Source: Mayamaea pseudoterrestris (Eukaryota). From it: a stretch of DNA of 64,000 bases. Positions 1-12,123 of this stretch are shown here, piece after piece; position 1 is the first letter of the stretch, and the number at the start of each line of letters is the position of its first letter. Made by a program: the position numbers and the translations under genes. Location of the stretch: assembly GCA_027923505.1 (NCBI GenBank), contig BROI01000002.1:1984001-2048000 (forward strand). The letters run 5' to 3'. The notes below the pieces were generated by a model. That model was not told the DNA's origin. It did not search any database and worked only from the letters and a program-made list of their open reading frames with translations.

Positions 1-545
1 TTACTGCGCTCGTCAATGGCAATGATCATGTTCCGCAAATTGATTGTCGTGTAGTGATAGGCGACTGAATCGAGGAAAGGAAATTGCATTTGCATGAGTG
101 TATCAGTGGGAATTCGGGATGGCATGAGTGATGATTAATCATCCAATACATAATATTTTCGTTTCAGTTACTTACGCCATTCGACAAGCCAGTGATTGTC
201 GTCCATAATGAGCATGCAGGCAGACGCCGATGAATTCGTCATGGGTTTAATGAGTTTTGGTTCTTCGTCGATATTGTCTCGCCGTTGTTGTATGTTTGCA
301 TGTCCATCGCTAACACTGAAACTATTTGCCAATGATCGAGACTCTCCTCTGAATAGCGCCTGCCGAGACGAAGAAACATCGGGAAAGAATCTGATGGTCG
401 ACTCGCTTGCAGCCCGATGATGCAGTTGAAGCGTGAGTCCAATCGAGAAGGCGACGGCAAATGCACCAATTGCTATTATGCAAATTATAAAACCATTTTT
501 CGAGCATCGATGAGTCGGTCTTCTTCTTAACAAGCTATATCGCAT
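1..545 (-). CDS. Type II membrane glycosyltransferase, GT92/DUF23-like (3' end outside window); intron 65-175
   Basis: Likely start MRYSLLRRR at 545, a TM segment (FIICIIAIGAFAVAFSIGL), then SACMLIMDDNHWLVEW. Splicing GTAAG(175)...CAG(65) continues in frame as LAYHYTTINLRNMIIAIDERS, a motif recalled from diatom GT92-like proteins. Confidence 0.7.
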
Positions 546-859
546 GATGCTGCAGTCAGATTGTTCTGTTACTTGGACAGGCGAGACCGGTAAAGGTAGT
601 TGTGGATCGACGATTTGCGTGTCGGTCGGTCGAGGTGCAAGCGTCAGTACCGTTACGACCTCATTGGCGAGAAATACTTCAGCACTAACAAAGCTAAACG
701 TTTTGTACTTTTCATATGCGCGAAACAAACGACAACAACGACTCTTTTTCACAACCTCCATGTCCTCCATAGCCTGCACTCACAACTTTCGTTACTATAT
801 ATTCATAACGAGAAGCGAGGCAATAAAACATGCGAATAGCAAGAGCCAAACGAGCCAGA

Positions 860-2128
860 ATGAATGGCTACTATTGGGCCTTGATTGGCATCTTTTTCTA
901 CCACTCGCTACACGTAATCTTGCTGCCAGAGTCGTCATTCGACGGCTGCAATCATGGCTTCGACCAACAGCCGTCATCATCCACTAGTATACTATCAAGT
1001 AATCCATTTTCATCTTTACTCGCAGGCAGTAATGCGGCGCAAATTGGTTCGCGCAAAACGCTCAGCGAGTTTCTGCCGCCAAACAATTCGCCAATGGCTC
1101 GTCGACCCGACTACAACTGCACACGATGGAATACGACCTACGTGTTTCCGCAAGCACCAAGTTTCATCAGTACGTATACGAGATGAATGAATGGATGTTA
1201 ATGAAGCTTGCATATGAATCTTACCTTCGTTCCACGCCTTACCATCCTCTTTCGCACCTTTTTCGCAGTCATTGGCACGCAAAAAGGTGGCACCTCTGCC
1301 TTATCGGCACTGCTCGACCAACATCCATGGATGGAATCGAGTCATTACTTTGAACCACACTTTTTTGACTTTAACGAAGTCATGCTGCACTACCGACAGC
1401 GTCTTCATGAAGAGGAAGCCGTTTGCAAAGTCCTTCGAACATATCTGCAGAAAAACTTTAACTTGAAGCGACTCAAAAAGTACCCCAATCTACTGGCCTT
1501 TGAAAAGACTCCGTCCTACGTACTGACACCTAATGCACCCGCTCGCATAAAGACGATTGTTCCCTGGGCCAAGATTATTGTCACGCTCCGCGATCCGGTC
1601 GATCGACTCTTGTCGCAACATAAAATGACAGTCATGCGCAAGTGGGAGAATCGAACCTTTGAGGAAACACTAGCCGAAGACATTAACGTCATGCGACATG
1701 AAGGCTACCATATTCCACTCGATGATCCGGTGAATGCCACCATGTTGGCGCCAATCAGACCGGGTGCACGAGTCTTGAGAAAGTACAAGACGGAGGGAAT
1801 GCTGTACCGAGGATGCTACGCACGGCAACTACTGCCGTGGCTGGAGCAGTACACGCTGGGGACGGAGCTATTGGTGATTCGATACGAGGAAATGAAGTCG
1901 GATCCAACCAAGGCTTTGAATCGCGTCTTGGATTTTGTCGGAGCACCGCGGTATGAGTTTCCGGCGGATGCCATTAACAAGAGTTACAGCCCAAAGAGCA
2001 AAACATGGATTGACTACTCGTTTGAAGTGTCGGACGAGACGAAAAACTACTTGAAACGATTCTACAAGCCGTATAACGATGAATTGGCGGCTCTGCTCGG
2101 GGATGAGTGGAAGAATGTGTGGGATTGA
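860..2128 (+). CDS. Membrane-anchored sulfotransferase (heparan-sulfate sulfotransferase-like); intron 1170-1268
   Basis: Splicing GTACGT...CAG gives FIIIGTQKGGT (5'-PSB PAPS loop). Also EPHFFD, EKTPSY, LRDPVDRLLS (3'-PB), RYEEM and FYKPYNDEL. N-terminal hydrophobic anchor in exon 1. Confidence 0.88.
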
Positions 2129-2492
2129 GACAATAACACATGTTGTCTACAGTAGTACAAGCTGTGTCATGCGGTCGCCAACATGACGTCGGCTGGACGA
2201 CCGACCCGACAGCCTCCAACGCTGGCAGCTGCTGCATTTGTGGCATGTGCCAGCCATTTTTCGTGTTAACTGTAAAGCATGATCTATTAATTTGTATATG
2301 TATTATAGAGCGAGTTGTCCTTCAAGCATGTTTAGCGACAAGAATGACCAAAGTTTGTACAGCAGCGTGTCGATGGTTCTCATCCAGGGGCATTGGCCCT
2401 ACAAATTGCTCTCGGTTCAGCTTAGAAAAGCGAGCAAGCAAAGCATCGCGCAAAGCTAGTTTTTCGTGCCCGCGGATTGGATTCTACAGGAA

Positions 2493-5009
2493 TCAGACTT
2501 GATCATCTGCTGCCCCAATAGCGCGTATCCGTCTGCTAGCAAGGATGCGCCTCAAAGCTGTAGCAAGCTCTTTTGTTTCACACGGCAGCGGCTTCATCAT
2601 GAAGCAATCAGCGCCAGCATCCATGAATTGCGGAGCAATGTCATTTGCCGAAAGTCCGCAAATGACAGACTCGTTACCCTTGGCCCGCAATAAACGAGCA
2701 GTTTCAGTTCCGAGAAGTTGTTTTTGCGTACTCGCCATGTATTGGTCAAGGAAAATTAGATTAAATGGCTGATGTTTGTCAGTTTTGTCTTCAATCAATT
2801 GAATGGCCGCCTCTCCACTCGCTGCCTCGCAAACGATCCAGTCTGGTCGGCAGCGCCTGACAGAGCGCACAAAAAGTTTTCGCAAAATAAAATCGTCGTC
2901 AACAAACAGGACCGATACCACTGCTGGAAGTGAATCATCGGCTTCAGGCAGCGAGCAGGAATCAGAGGTATCCATGTCGTCAGTATCGGCTGTTATCTTG
3001 GTGTTTTTCACATCGACAAAATTTGTTTCCGTCATAGCACGGTGCAGCTCCCATGGTGTGTTGGAAGGGCCAGCTAAAGCAACGACAAAACGAGCTCCTG
3101 AAGAGTCAGCTATGCCACTATCATAAGTCTCGTCGAGATAGATTTCACCTTTCAGCAACTCGACTAAGTGCTTGCAGAGTGAAAGACCAATCCCTGTCCC
3201 TTGGCTTGAAGAATCCAGACTCGTCTGGAATTTGCTAAACAGATTCCCCCGTTTCTCGACTGGGATACCAGGACCAGAGTCTTCGACGCACAGATAAACT
3301 GCCTTATCATCCACATGAGCCTTTAATCGCACAAAACCCTTGACCACAAACTTGGTCGCATTCACGGCCAGGTTTAAAATGATTTGCTTTAGGCGCAACG
3401 GATCGGACATGATGACAAGATCGTCTGGACATTCAATAATGACATCAAAGACACAACCTCGATTGTAAAGCATCGAGGCAACTGGATTGAAAACGTCGTT
3501 GCGAATGTCAACATGCTTGGATTGTATCTTGATCTGATTACTCAGTGCACAATGAAAATCCAACATGGACCGTAATAAATCATTGATGTACTGTAGACTG
3601 TTGCCGATGACAATAACGTCTTCGCGAGTTGATTGTCGTGTTTCATCGCTCACTAACGGTTCTGCCTCATTAACAGCTATTGAAACGAACGAATTGGCCG
3701 AAATGGCGGCTGAAAGTGGGTTGCGGACTTCATGCGCAATGAAGTCATTAAGATCCCTTTCCGCCTGTGCTGCTCTCTTAGCGCTGTCAAGCAAAATTGC
3801 AGCTTTCTCTGCTCTTGCCTTTGACCTTGAAAATATCCACATGGCAGCACAAGTACTTGCCAGAATAATCATAAAGGCTCCAAAGATGGCGAGAAAATAA
3901 TCCGGCTTATATGTGCCAACGTATGCGACAGCAACAATTGTCCATTGCCGGGCCGCCAGGTCAAGAGCTTTATCTTTTCTTTGAATAATTGGCATGGCTG
4001 GCAGTGACGAATAGTTGACCTCTTTTGGGAATGTGAGCTGCTGTTGTATTCCCAACGTTGCCCCGCCCAGGAATGCCGGCTCGCCTTCAGCTTCAACAAC
4101 TGACTTGGTTGAATCGTAAACGTAAATGACTGTTTCATCATCCATCGCAAACTCCTGATAGGCTTTCTGTAGCAACGACATGAACCGAATCACAAGAACA
4201 GCAACATTCTTTTCGTAGCCCCCGACGCCGTCGTGCAAGCCGGGTTGAGCCATTGTGAGGCAGTACTCATACGGCTCATTGGGGTCCGTTGGTGGCGGAA
4301 GAAGCTTCAATCGTTCTGTAACTGCTAATGCCCCCGTCTCCAAGGATTCGTTGACACACTTGCTGTATTGCGATGTGTTCATGTCAAAATCTACAGCTTC
4401 CAAATTCCAAGGGTAGTTTTTATCCAACGGTTCCACAAAATGAGCGACAAAGTGAGATTCGTTTCGATTCGAATCGACCGGAATGACTCCAAGTTGAAGC
4501 TCTCCCGTCGAGTGATTGAGATTGTATCCAGTAAAGCCTTTATAGGGAAAATTTGGGTAATGCTTTGCCAAGTACGTCCGAGTTTGGTTCTCATACTTCG
4601 CTCGTTGGGCAGAGCCTACGACATGCACCGCGCAGGACACAGCTTCAAAGTCAAGCCCTGTCCAAGTAATGTACTCGTAAACTTCTCGAAACTCTTCAAA
4701 AGACATCCTATCAAGATGACAGGCTTGATGCAGCCAAAGGCCGCTTACTTTGTATTCTCCTAGAGCTGCATCAAACTTTAAAAAGGCCTCGTCGGCGATC
4801 TCGTTGAAACGCGTTGTCTGCTGAACCTTTTCGTCTGGAATACGGAGCGAAAGAATAATCGCTCCCACGCCCAAGCCAACCAAGACAATCAGCCAAGATA
4901 TGACGGCTGGAGCCTCCATGTCGCAAAAAAATCTCGAGGCGCAAAAGCTTCGACAAGCTTTTCTTCGTTGATTGCTGCCATTGCCTGTTGATGCGGGTTG
5001 CGTCGGCAT
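2493..5009 (-). CDS. Hybrid sensor histidine kinase (TM, CHASE-like sensor, TM, HisKA, HATPase, receiver)
   Basis: H-box FIAHEVRNPL, N-box RLKQIILNLAVNATKF, G1 VEDSGPGI, G2 GTGIGLSLC, receiver VLFVDDD...IFLDQYM...MKP. Two TM helices flank an extracytoplasmic domain. Confidence 0.92.
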   Translation of the reverse strand: MPTQPASTGNGSNQRRKACRSFCASRFFCDMEAPAVISWLIVLVGLGVGAIILSLRIPDEKVQQTTRFNEIADEAFLKFDAALGEYKVSGLWLHQACHLDRMSFEEFREVYEYITWTGLDFEAVSCAVHVVGSAQRAKYENQTRTYLAKHYPNFPYKGFTGYNLNHSTGELQLGVIPVDSNRNESHFVAHFVEPLDKNYPWNLEAVDFDMNTSQYSKCVNESLETGALAVTERLKLLPPPTDPNEPYEYCLTMAQPGLHDGVGGYEKNVAVLVIRFMSLLQKAYQEFAMDDETVIYVYDSTKSVVEAEGEPAFLGGATLGIQQQLTFPKEVNYSSLPAMPIIQRKDKALDLAARQWTIVAVAYVGTYKPDYFLAIFGAFMIILASTCAAMWIFSRSKARAEKAAILLDSAKRAAQAERDLNDFIAHEVRNPLSAAISANSFVSIAVNEAEPLVSDETRQSTREDVIVIGNSLQYINDLLRSMLDFHCALSNQIKIQSKHVDIRNDVFNPVASMLYNRGCVFDVIIECPDDLVIMSDPLRLKQIILNLAVNATKFVVKGFVRLKAHVDDKAVYLCVEDSGPGIPVEKRGNLFSKFQTSLDSSSQGTGIGLSLCKHLVELLKGEIYLDETYDSGIADSSGARFVVALAGPSNTPWELHRAMTETNFVDVKNTKITADTDDMDTSDSCSLPEADDSLPAVVSVLFVDDDFILRKLFVRSVRRCRPDWIVCEAASGEAAIQLIEDKTDKHQPFNLIFLDQYMASTQKQLLGTETARLLRAKGNESVICGLSANDIAPQFMDAGADCFMMKPLPCETKELATALRRILASRRIRAIGAADDQV

Positions 5010-5844
5010 CGCAATGGGGTGTGGAAGGTCTTTAAAAGGAGTTAAGTTCTCTCAAAGCAGACAGTACACAGCTCTATCTCTTGAACAAGGGTCTCCTGAT
5101 GGAACGATTAGTTTGCCATGGTGAAACCAAGAGCAAGTGGTATCTGGATGGATTGATGGATATTTGACCACCCTGCTCGACTCCGAAATTCTGTGGCCGA
5201 TGTTTCCATTGAAAAGCGGGAAAACGTCAAGAAGGCCCAATGAATGACCAAAACCAGCCAATCGCTAATTCGCCGAGGCACTCCAAGATAAGTCATTCAA
5301 TGAAAACCTCAAGTGTCGTCGTGAAAAGCTGAGCGGCGCCCATCAAGGAGATAAGATAGTGCTTATTGGCGCTGCACGCTCGCAAATGAAATTTTGGCGC
5401 CAGCCTTGTCTGCATCGCGGTTCACCATGCGTCCAGCCGACGGTTGGCGAGGTTGGGGGTCTTGTAGAGCATCGGACTTCCGAGCCGACTTTGCTAATCG
5501 TCGCTTGTTCTTTCTTTAATTGAAAATCAAAATAGGAACGAGTCTGTCGCTTGCTTGCCATCACAAACGACGCCGATACAGACGATAGCAACAAAAATTT
5601 CGCCAAGCTCATTCTCGCGCACCTCGACGGAGACTTCCGCGCTCGCGCCTGGAACGACAGTGAGAGGGACGGAACCTTCCGGACCGGTCGCCCATCCTCG
5701 TCACGCTGCCTGATTTATTCGCTAGTAGTTTAGTGGGTTGGCGATCATCACGAAGTGAGCGTGTTGCGAGGCTAGTAGTGGAGCTGAGTTAGTGAGCGGA
5801 GAAGAGCCTGTCCTCATTCGTGATCCTATATACTAAAAATCACC

Positions 5845-8800
5845 ATGATGCAGCAGCAACGCAGTCAACACTCAGTTTCCAATGCGGAACTATACGCGCA
5901 GCAGCAGCAAGCCAGCAATAAGCAGGTCAGTTTTCGAAAGTCGCCGCCCGGACAGCCAGCAGCCCGACGTTCCCAGTCCAGCATGCGAGCGCTCGCAAAT
6001 ACGCCGCGTCACTATCCATTGTCAATGATGAATCATCCGCGAGCGCAATCTACAGGAAGAGCAGCATCGGAACCAGGCAATTCAGCATCATTTACACTGG
6101 ATTACGATGATCCGGAGGAAATTACCAAAGCAATCTTGAGGCTCCGCGAGCAACGAGAGCGCGATGCGGCAGAGCGGAGTGCCTCTCGATCCATGCATCG
6201 AAGCAGCAGCTCTAGCCGACAGCCATCTAGCAGAGAACAATCGTCGTCGTCGCAGCAGCAGCAGCGACCGCCCGTCTTGGAGCCAAAGCAGTCGGTTCCG
6301 TCCAATGCCATGCGACAGCAGCAGTTGCATCAACTCCAGCACGCCATGGCGCTGCAAAAGTCGCACTCGCAGGGAAGCAGCTCGACGAATAGTCACAATC
6401 ATCCGACGGGAATGGCAGCGGAGCGTCAAGGTTATGCAGCTGACCGACAGAATTATGCAACTGCCAATACTGCGCAAAAGTATCGCGCGCCGTCTCCATC
6501 GGTAGCGCAGCGGCAAGGGCCAAGTGGAGCAGTCACAAGTAATGCAGGGCAGCAACTTGCAATTAACAAGACGCTCTCGCAGCAGTCGTCTGGATCATCG
6601 GAGCAATACCAGAGCCGAGTAGCTAGTCAGCCGCCTGGCAATCATCTCAGCGGCGTTTACCGATCAAGATTCAACAATCAGCAAGCACAGCAAACGAATC
6701 ATCGAGCCAGCCCCAGTCCACAAATTCGACAGCAGCAACAGCCACCGGCGTCGCGCATGGTTGATCCAAACGGAGACGAAGTTGTAGGGGCAAATACAAA
6801 CAAGCGAATCGATGGACTGATGGAGGAATTGGAGGAGCTACGATTTTTTCATGAGCTCGACACTGACAATCAACCGCAGCAGCAGCAGCATCAGCAATTA
6901 ACCAAAGTTCTCGGCGCCATGCGACCAGCAACGCCTTCAAGCAATGGCAATGCAAGTGTTCCGCGCGTTCCTTTAATGATTGGCGTTCCTAGTGACGGCA
7001 TGAATGGAAACGGCAGCAGCAGCAATAACAAGCTACCTCCGCCACCGATCAACTTTATGGATCCGCGTGAAATAAGCAAATTGGATCGACATACACTGGA
7101 ACTGGAGTCTCAAAAGATGGTGCGCTCCGTTCAGCTGCTTACTAGTGAAAAGCTGGCACTGGAGGCTGAAATGGAAGTTTTGGCGACGGACCAAACGCAC
7201 AACAAGAAGCGCATCCAGCAACTGGAGCAGACTTTGACTCAAGTTAAGCAGCAGCTAGCGCTCGCCAAGAAGGAAGTGGAGGCGCTTCGCATCACCACGG
7301 TGCGGCAGTATGAAAGCAAGCTCAGCGAAAATGTTGAAAAGCTGCAGCAGACGCAAAAGCAAGTGGACGGCCTCAAGGATGAGCGCGATTCGCTTCGACT
7401 TGATTTGGAGAAGCGCAATACGCAGTTGAACGAACTAAAGCATCGGTCCAAATCGGAGTTGCAGGAGGAAAAAGAGGCGGCGCAGGCGCGAGAGGCCGTC
7501 TTGGAGTTGCAGCTTGCCGAAGTTATCAATACCGTCGAGGAGCTTAAGTTGAAAATTAAGCGAAAGGACGATGAGGTGGAGGAGCTGCGACTGCAGGTGC
7601 AAAATGCGCGGGAGGTACTTGTTATTGCCAAGAAGCAGCACGAGTCTGCTCACCAGGCCGAGCTGCAGGCGCTACAGGAACAAGTAGCCGCGGCAGAGTC
7701 AAAGTATCAGCGAGCGATTGACGAGCGAGAACAGGTGCAGCGGCATTTGGAATCGCAAGAAAAACAGCTCGAAAGCGTTCGCCAGCAAGCTGAAGAGCAA
7801 GCGACTCTAATTTCCAAAATGACGGAACGACTCGATGACATCCATGAAGAATATCGTCAAAAGTTTGGTGAGCTGAAGGAGACGTATGAAGCCAAAGAGA
7901 AGCGACGTCTGAACGAAATGGTTGTTAGTCAGTCCAAGCAAGTCGAAGAATACGAGCGAAGGCTGCTCTCAATGCAGCAGCAACTAACTATGGCAACGGA
8001 CCGGCACCACACTGAAATACGTCAAAAGGACGTCGATATTGAGACCAAGCTAGAGCGCGAGCGTAGAAAGGTTCGGGAGCAGATGGAAGACGAACATCGG
8101 CGGGCGACGGAGCGATTGGGATTTGACCTAGAGGCGACAAAGAGAGATTACGAGGACGCCGAAACGGAGCGTCAACGCCTACGTGAAGCACTTGCTGCCC
8201 CCAACAAGGAGCATATGGAGGCGCAAAGGTCATGGGAAGAAAAGGACGTCCGACAGCAGCAAGAGATTTGCCGTCTCCGTCAACAGATGGAGCGATTGAC
8301 CAGCGAATCGTCTGATAAGGAGTCGAGAATACTGGAATTGACAATCAAGATGGCCGATCGTACCAAGAAACACGAAGAGCGAATTAATGACATGGAGAAT
8401 CAGCACGCGACGAGCCTTTTAGCAAGGGATGAGGTAATTGCCGAACAGAAACGAAAGCTGCGCGGATCCGACTTGGCTATCAAAAGTGAGCTTTCTCGAC
8501 AGGAGACTGAGTTCAGAGATTCAAAAAGCCTCCTGGAGACGCGCATCGCGGAGCTGGAGACTGAATTGGAGCATGCTACAACTTCCCTTGAACTATCTAA
8601 ACGAAGTCTTCAAAGCGCTGAGCTGACAAGTTACGAACTTGCATCTCTTACTGCCAAATTGGAACGACTCACATCGGAGCTGGATAGCGAGCGTACAACG
8701 CACGAAAGCACAGATGCTGCGTTACGAACTGAAATCCTTGCTTTGGAGAGCAAACTGGGATCGAGCGAGTCCAAGCTCAAAGCGAAGCTTGCTGTCATTG

Positions 8801-11790
8801 ACGACTTGGAAGCGACCATGAGAAAGCACTCTGAGTCCCATGCCTGTCTCTTGCGCGACACCCAGAAGCAGTTTGAATCCTTGCAGCAGAACTTTGACGA
8901 AAACCAAGAGCAGTTAGTAGACGCGCGTTCTAAGGTTGAAGCCCAGGCATTGGAACTCGCAGATCTTAGCAGGCAAAGGCGCGAGTTAGATTTTAAGGCA
9001 GAGAGCGCAGACTTAGCCGCCAGTGAGCTTTCGACCAAGGTGCGAGTGCTAGAGCAGTCGCTAGAAGTGCAGATGCGCATCTATGATGAGTTCAGAATCA
9101 AAAGTGACAAAAATATGGAGAGCGTGCAAAGCTCTTTTGCCGTTGAAAAACTTGCATTGGAGTCGAGAATTGCGGAACTTGAATCATGTGAAAAAATTCT
9201 TCGCCAGGAGAATGACGAGTTGCAAGAATCTTGCGATGTCATTGAAGCCAACATCCACAAATTACGCACCGTTAATGAAGGATTGGAGGCCAAAGCTGAA
9301 CAATTGGCGAAAGCACTAGAGGATATTGCTGACCTGAGAAAGATGTTGACAACCAAGGATGATGAGATCATCCAGTCAGGCTTGGACTTGTCCAACGTCA
9401 GACATAAGCTTGACATTGCGCTGCAGACTATTGAAGAATACGAGAGCAAAATTGATCAAACAAATCATGTGACCGTCGACCTTCAAAAACAAGCGCAGCA
9501 GGCCAGTCAAGTATCGGACCGCTATGCTAGTACCGCGAAAGAGCTTCAATCGAGAATCGAGTCGGAACAGAATGAAAAGAGGCTTCTCCATGATGAATTA
9601 CAAGTCATGAAAAAGAAACTCAAAGAAAAGGAAAAGGAGCTCGAGGAAATGTCCGAGCTTGCGATGGAGACGACTCAAGCCATAGCGTCTCGTGATTCGC
9701 TCAGCGAGCAGGTCGACCAATTGAAGTCGCAGCTCGAGGCGAAGACACTGCGAATCATTGAGCTTGAGCAAGCGAACGAGCGGAGTATTTTCCAGTCGAA
9801 AAAAATAGAAGAGGTTCATGTGCTGAAGGCGACAGAGATTAAGACCCTCGAAGACCGTATTATCGAGCTGGAAGTACTGGCTAGCACTCGCAAGAAGCAG
9901 CTTGACAAGATTGAAACTGAACTAGACGAGAGGTCAATGCAATTGGCTCAGTTGCAGCAAAAGCATTCAGAGCGGGATATCGCACACAAGGAAGCGGTCT
10001 CTGAACTTTGTAACTCTAAAGCGGCGGCTGAAGCGCAAATACGAGCACGTGACGCGGAACTGGTTATGCATGTTGAGCAAATTGAAAGATTGGAGAGAAG
10101 TTTGCTTGAAATCCGAGAAAAAGAAGCGCAGGCAACGACGCTTAATGAAGAACTCAGAGCCAAGCTTCGTCATGCCGAGTCCGATATTAGGGAAAAGGTA
10201 CAGCGGCTCAATGATCTTGCAGTTAGCGATGGCTTATCGTCGCAGCTACAAACAGAGGTACAGCAACTCACTAGGACCAAATCAGCGCTGGAGGCGAAGA
10301 TCCGTCGGCTTAAAGAAGAGCAAGACGAGCGCGAGGAGCATGTCCGACAAGCTGCTGAGCGCTCGTCAAACCAGATCTTGGAGCTTCAAATGCAGGTTGA
10401 AGACCTCACTGCTGCGAAGACGTCGTTGCGTTCAAAACTAACGGAAGCCGAGAAAGAGCTTGAAAAGACGGTTGACTCTCTTCGCTCCGCTACTAGCTTG
10501 CACTCCGCGGACATGGCCAGTCTCAATCTACGCCTGGCTGAGCAGCTAGATGCAAAGAACCAGCTTGCGGCAAAAGTGGACGACTTAGAATCAAAACTGA
10601 CTTTGTCAAAAGAGATGTCTCAGCTGGCAATTGAAAAGGAGAAGATGATTGAGAACTTGCAAGTGCAGGTGGACGAGGCAGCGAAGGATAATCGATCCTT
10701 GAAGCTCCGGATCGGGGATGTAGAAACGGAACTTGATCGCAAGGAAAAGCAAATAAAGGAAGTTGTGAATCGGTATAGCCAAGAGGTGGCAGTCCTGAGC
10801 GACAAGCTCGAAGATCAAACGAAAGAATGCAGGAATTTGCAAAAAGAACTCGACCATTTCAAGAGCAAAACTGAGTCTGCGTCTGATGCGTCAAATGAGA
10901 GTAAAACGCTCAGGGACCGTATTGCATCTATGGAGAAGGCGATAGATGTTGAACGAGCACTCACGCGTGATGCAGAAAAGGCAAAAAAGCGAGTTGAGAA
11001 GGAACTCGCCACCACCGAGAGCAGCAAGCATGATCTTCAAGAACGATTTGAAAAGGTCAGCAGCGAGCGCAACGAAGTCATTGCTGCCCTGGAGGAAGTC
11101 ATTCATGAAGTGCAAAGCCGCGAGGATGAAATCGACACACTTGCTGATGCTTTGAGAAGGCGCGAGGAGGAACTAGAGCATGCCAGAATGTTCACAAGCA
11201 AGGCGCTTTCATCAGCACAAGAGATTAAGGCAAAGTATAAGGACAGGAGCGCTAGCTCGGATAATGGCCGTCATGCTGAGCTTGAGGATCAGGTGGCATC
11301 TCTGACCGCTGCTCTTGGCCAGATGAAAAAGAACAACTACAGTCTGCAGCGAAAACTTGCGCGGCTGGAAGAAGAACTGACGCAGAAGGAAGGCGAGTAT
11401 TCAGAGCTCAAAGTCCGCATGGGTAGCTCAACCAAATCGCAAACAGGGGATGAAGCTGATCGATATGTAGCAAAAAGCCACCCTGGAGAACCTCCAGCAT
11501 GTACCATTATCGAGAGTGCATCAACTGCAGCCTCCACCATGAGCGGTGGAACTCAAGCCCTTGACTCTCCCTCACGATCACTCGCATTCACGGAATCCAT
11601 GTCTGATGTTGGAGCGGATCCTTGGGGAATGCAACCTTTTAGTAATAGCAGCTCCGATTCAAGTGATAACAGCACATCCTTTGCTGGTGTCCGCGCGGAA
11701 CTTGGTGAGAAGAAGTCAACGGAACGGAATGCTTTGCGCAAGTATGTTCGCAACCGCTACATGAATGCCAAGTCTGTCTCAAATTCGTAG
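5845..11790 (+). CDS. Large coiled-coil protein (1981 aa) with Q/S-rich disordered N-terminus
   Basis: Uninterrupted 5.9-kb ORF with roughly 1450 aa of E/K/L/Q-rich heptad-like sequence and no recognisable catalytic motif. Confidence 0.85.
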   Translation: MMQQQRSQHSVSNAELYAQQQQASNKQVSFRKSPPGQPAARRSQSSMRALANTPRHYPLSMMNHPRAQSTGRAASEPGNSASFTLDYDDPEEITKAILRLREQRERDAAERSASRSMHRSSSSSRQPSSREQSSSSQQQQRPPVLEPKQSVPSNAMRQQQLHQLQHAMALQKSHSQGSSSTNSHNHPTGMAAERQGYAADRQNYATANTAQKYRAPSPSVAQRQGPSGAVTSNAGQQLAINKTLSQQSSGSSEQYQSRVASQPPGNHLSGVYRSRFNNQQAQQTNHRASPSPQIRQQQQPPASRMVDPNGDEVVGANTNKRIDGLMEELEELRFFHELDTDNQPQQQQHQQLTKVLGAMRPATPSSNGNASVPRVPLMIGVPSDGMNGNGSSSNNKLPPPPINFMDPREISKLDRHTLELESQKMVRSVQLLTSEKLALEAEMEVLATDQTHNKKRIQQLEQTLTQVKQQLALAKKEVEALRITTVRQYESKLSENVEKLQQTQKQVDGLKDERDSLRLDLEKRNTQLNELKHRSKSELQEEKEAAQAREAVLELQLAEVINTVEELKLKIKRKDDEVEELRLQVQNAREVLVIAKKQHESAHQAELQALQEQVAAAESKYQRAIDEREQVQRHLESQEKQLESVRQQAEEQATLISKMTERLDDIHEEYRQKFGELKETYEAKEKRRLNEMVVSQSKQVEEYERRLLSMQQQLTMATDRHHTEIRQKDVDIETKLERERRKVREQMEDEHRRATERLGFDLEATKRDYEDAETERQRLREALAAPNKEHMEAQRSWEEKDVRQQQEICRLRQQMERLTSESSDKESRILELTIKMADRTKKHEERINDMENQHATSLLARDEVIAEQKRKLRGSDLAIKSELSRQETEFRDSKSLLETRIAELETELEHATTSLELSKRSLQSAELTSYELASLTAKLERLTSELDSERTTHESTDAALRTEILALESKLGSSESKLKAKLAVIDDLEATMRKHSESHACLLRDTQKQFESLQQNFDENQEQLVDARSKVEAQALELADLSRQRRELDFKAESADLAASELSTKVRVLEQSLEVQMRIYDEFRIKSDKNMESVQSSFAVEKLALESRIAELESCEKILRQENDELQESCDVIEANIHKLRTVNEGLEAKAEQLAKALEDIADLRKMLTTKDDEIIQSGLDLSNVRHKLDIALQTIEEYESKIDQTNHVTVDLQKQAQQASQVSDRYASTAKELQSRIESEQNEKRLLHDELQVMKKKLKEKEKELEEMSELAMETTQAIASRDSLSEQVDQLKSQLEAKTLRIIELEQANERSIFQSKKIEEVHVLKATEIKTLEDRIIELEVLASTRKKQLDKIETELDERSMQLAQLQQKHSERDIAHKEAVSELCNSKAAAEAQIRARDAELVMHVEQIERLERSLLEIREKEAQATTLNEELRAKLRHAESDIREKVQRLNDLAVSDGLSSQLQTEVQQLTRTKSALEAKIRRLKEEQDEREEHVRQAAERSSNQILELQMQVEDLTAAKTSLRSKLTEAEKELEKTVDSLRSATSLHSADMASLNLRLAEQLDAKNQLAAKVDDLESKLTLSKEMSQLAIEKEKMIENLQVQVDEAAKDNRSLKLRIGDVETELDRKEKQIKEVVNRYSQEVAVLSDKLEDQTKECRNLQKELDHFKSKTESASDASNESKTLRDRIASMEKAIDVERALTRDAEKAKKRVEKELATTESSKHDLQERFEKVSSERNEVIAALEEVIHEVQSREDEIDTLADALRRREEELEHARMFTSKALSSAQEIKAKYKDRSASSDNGRHAELEDQVASLTAALGQMKKNNYSLQRKLARLEEELTQKEGEYSELKVRMGSSTKSQTGDEADRYVAKSHPGEPPACTIIESASTAASTMSGGTQALDSPSRSLAFTESMSDVGADPWGMQPFSNSSSDSSDNSTSFAGVRAELGEKKSTERNALRKYVRNRYMNAKSVSNS

Positions 11791-12123
11791 CTAATACAAT
11801 GCACAATAAGTAGACAGCGCAAGGCTGATATATAAACGATAGTTTAGGGGGTTACTTGTTTTATTCACGAAGTCTAAAACGATTAGTTGACGGACTAAGT
11901 TGTCAAGGTAAATCGGCGCTGCTGAGTCGCCATTTGAGCTGGCCTAATTGGAATGGACAGAAACGTCTCGGTAGGCAAAGCTAGACGATACCCTTATTCC
12001 GCCCCTGCTTGAGTCGTTTGGGCGATGTACGCTCGACAGCAGTCCCAGTTTACGTTGACAACTCACTCTCTCAGCTAATTGTTTTAGACTCAGTGAACCA
12101 ATTCATCATCAAGTATGCATTGC

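Noticed and set aside
6088..11764. Many antisense and alternate-frame ORFs over the coiled-coil gene
   Set aside because: Shadow ORFs of a long, compositionally biased coding sequence.
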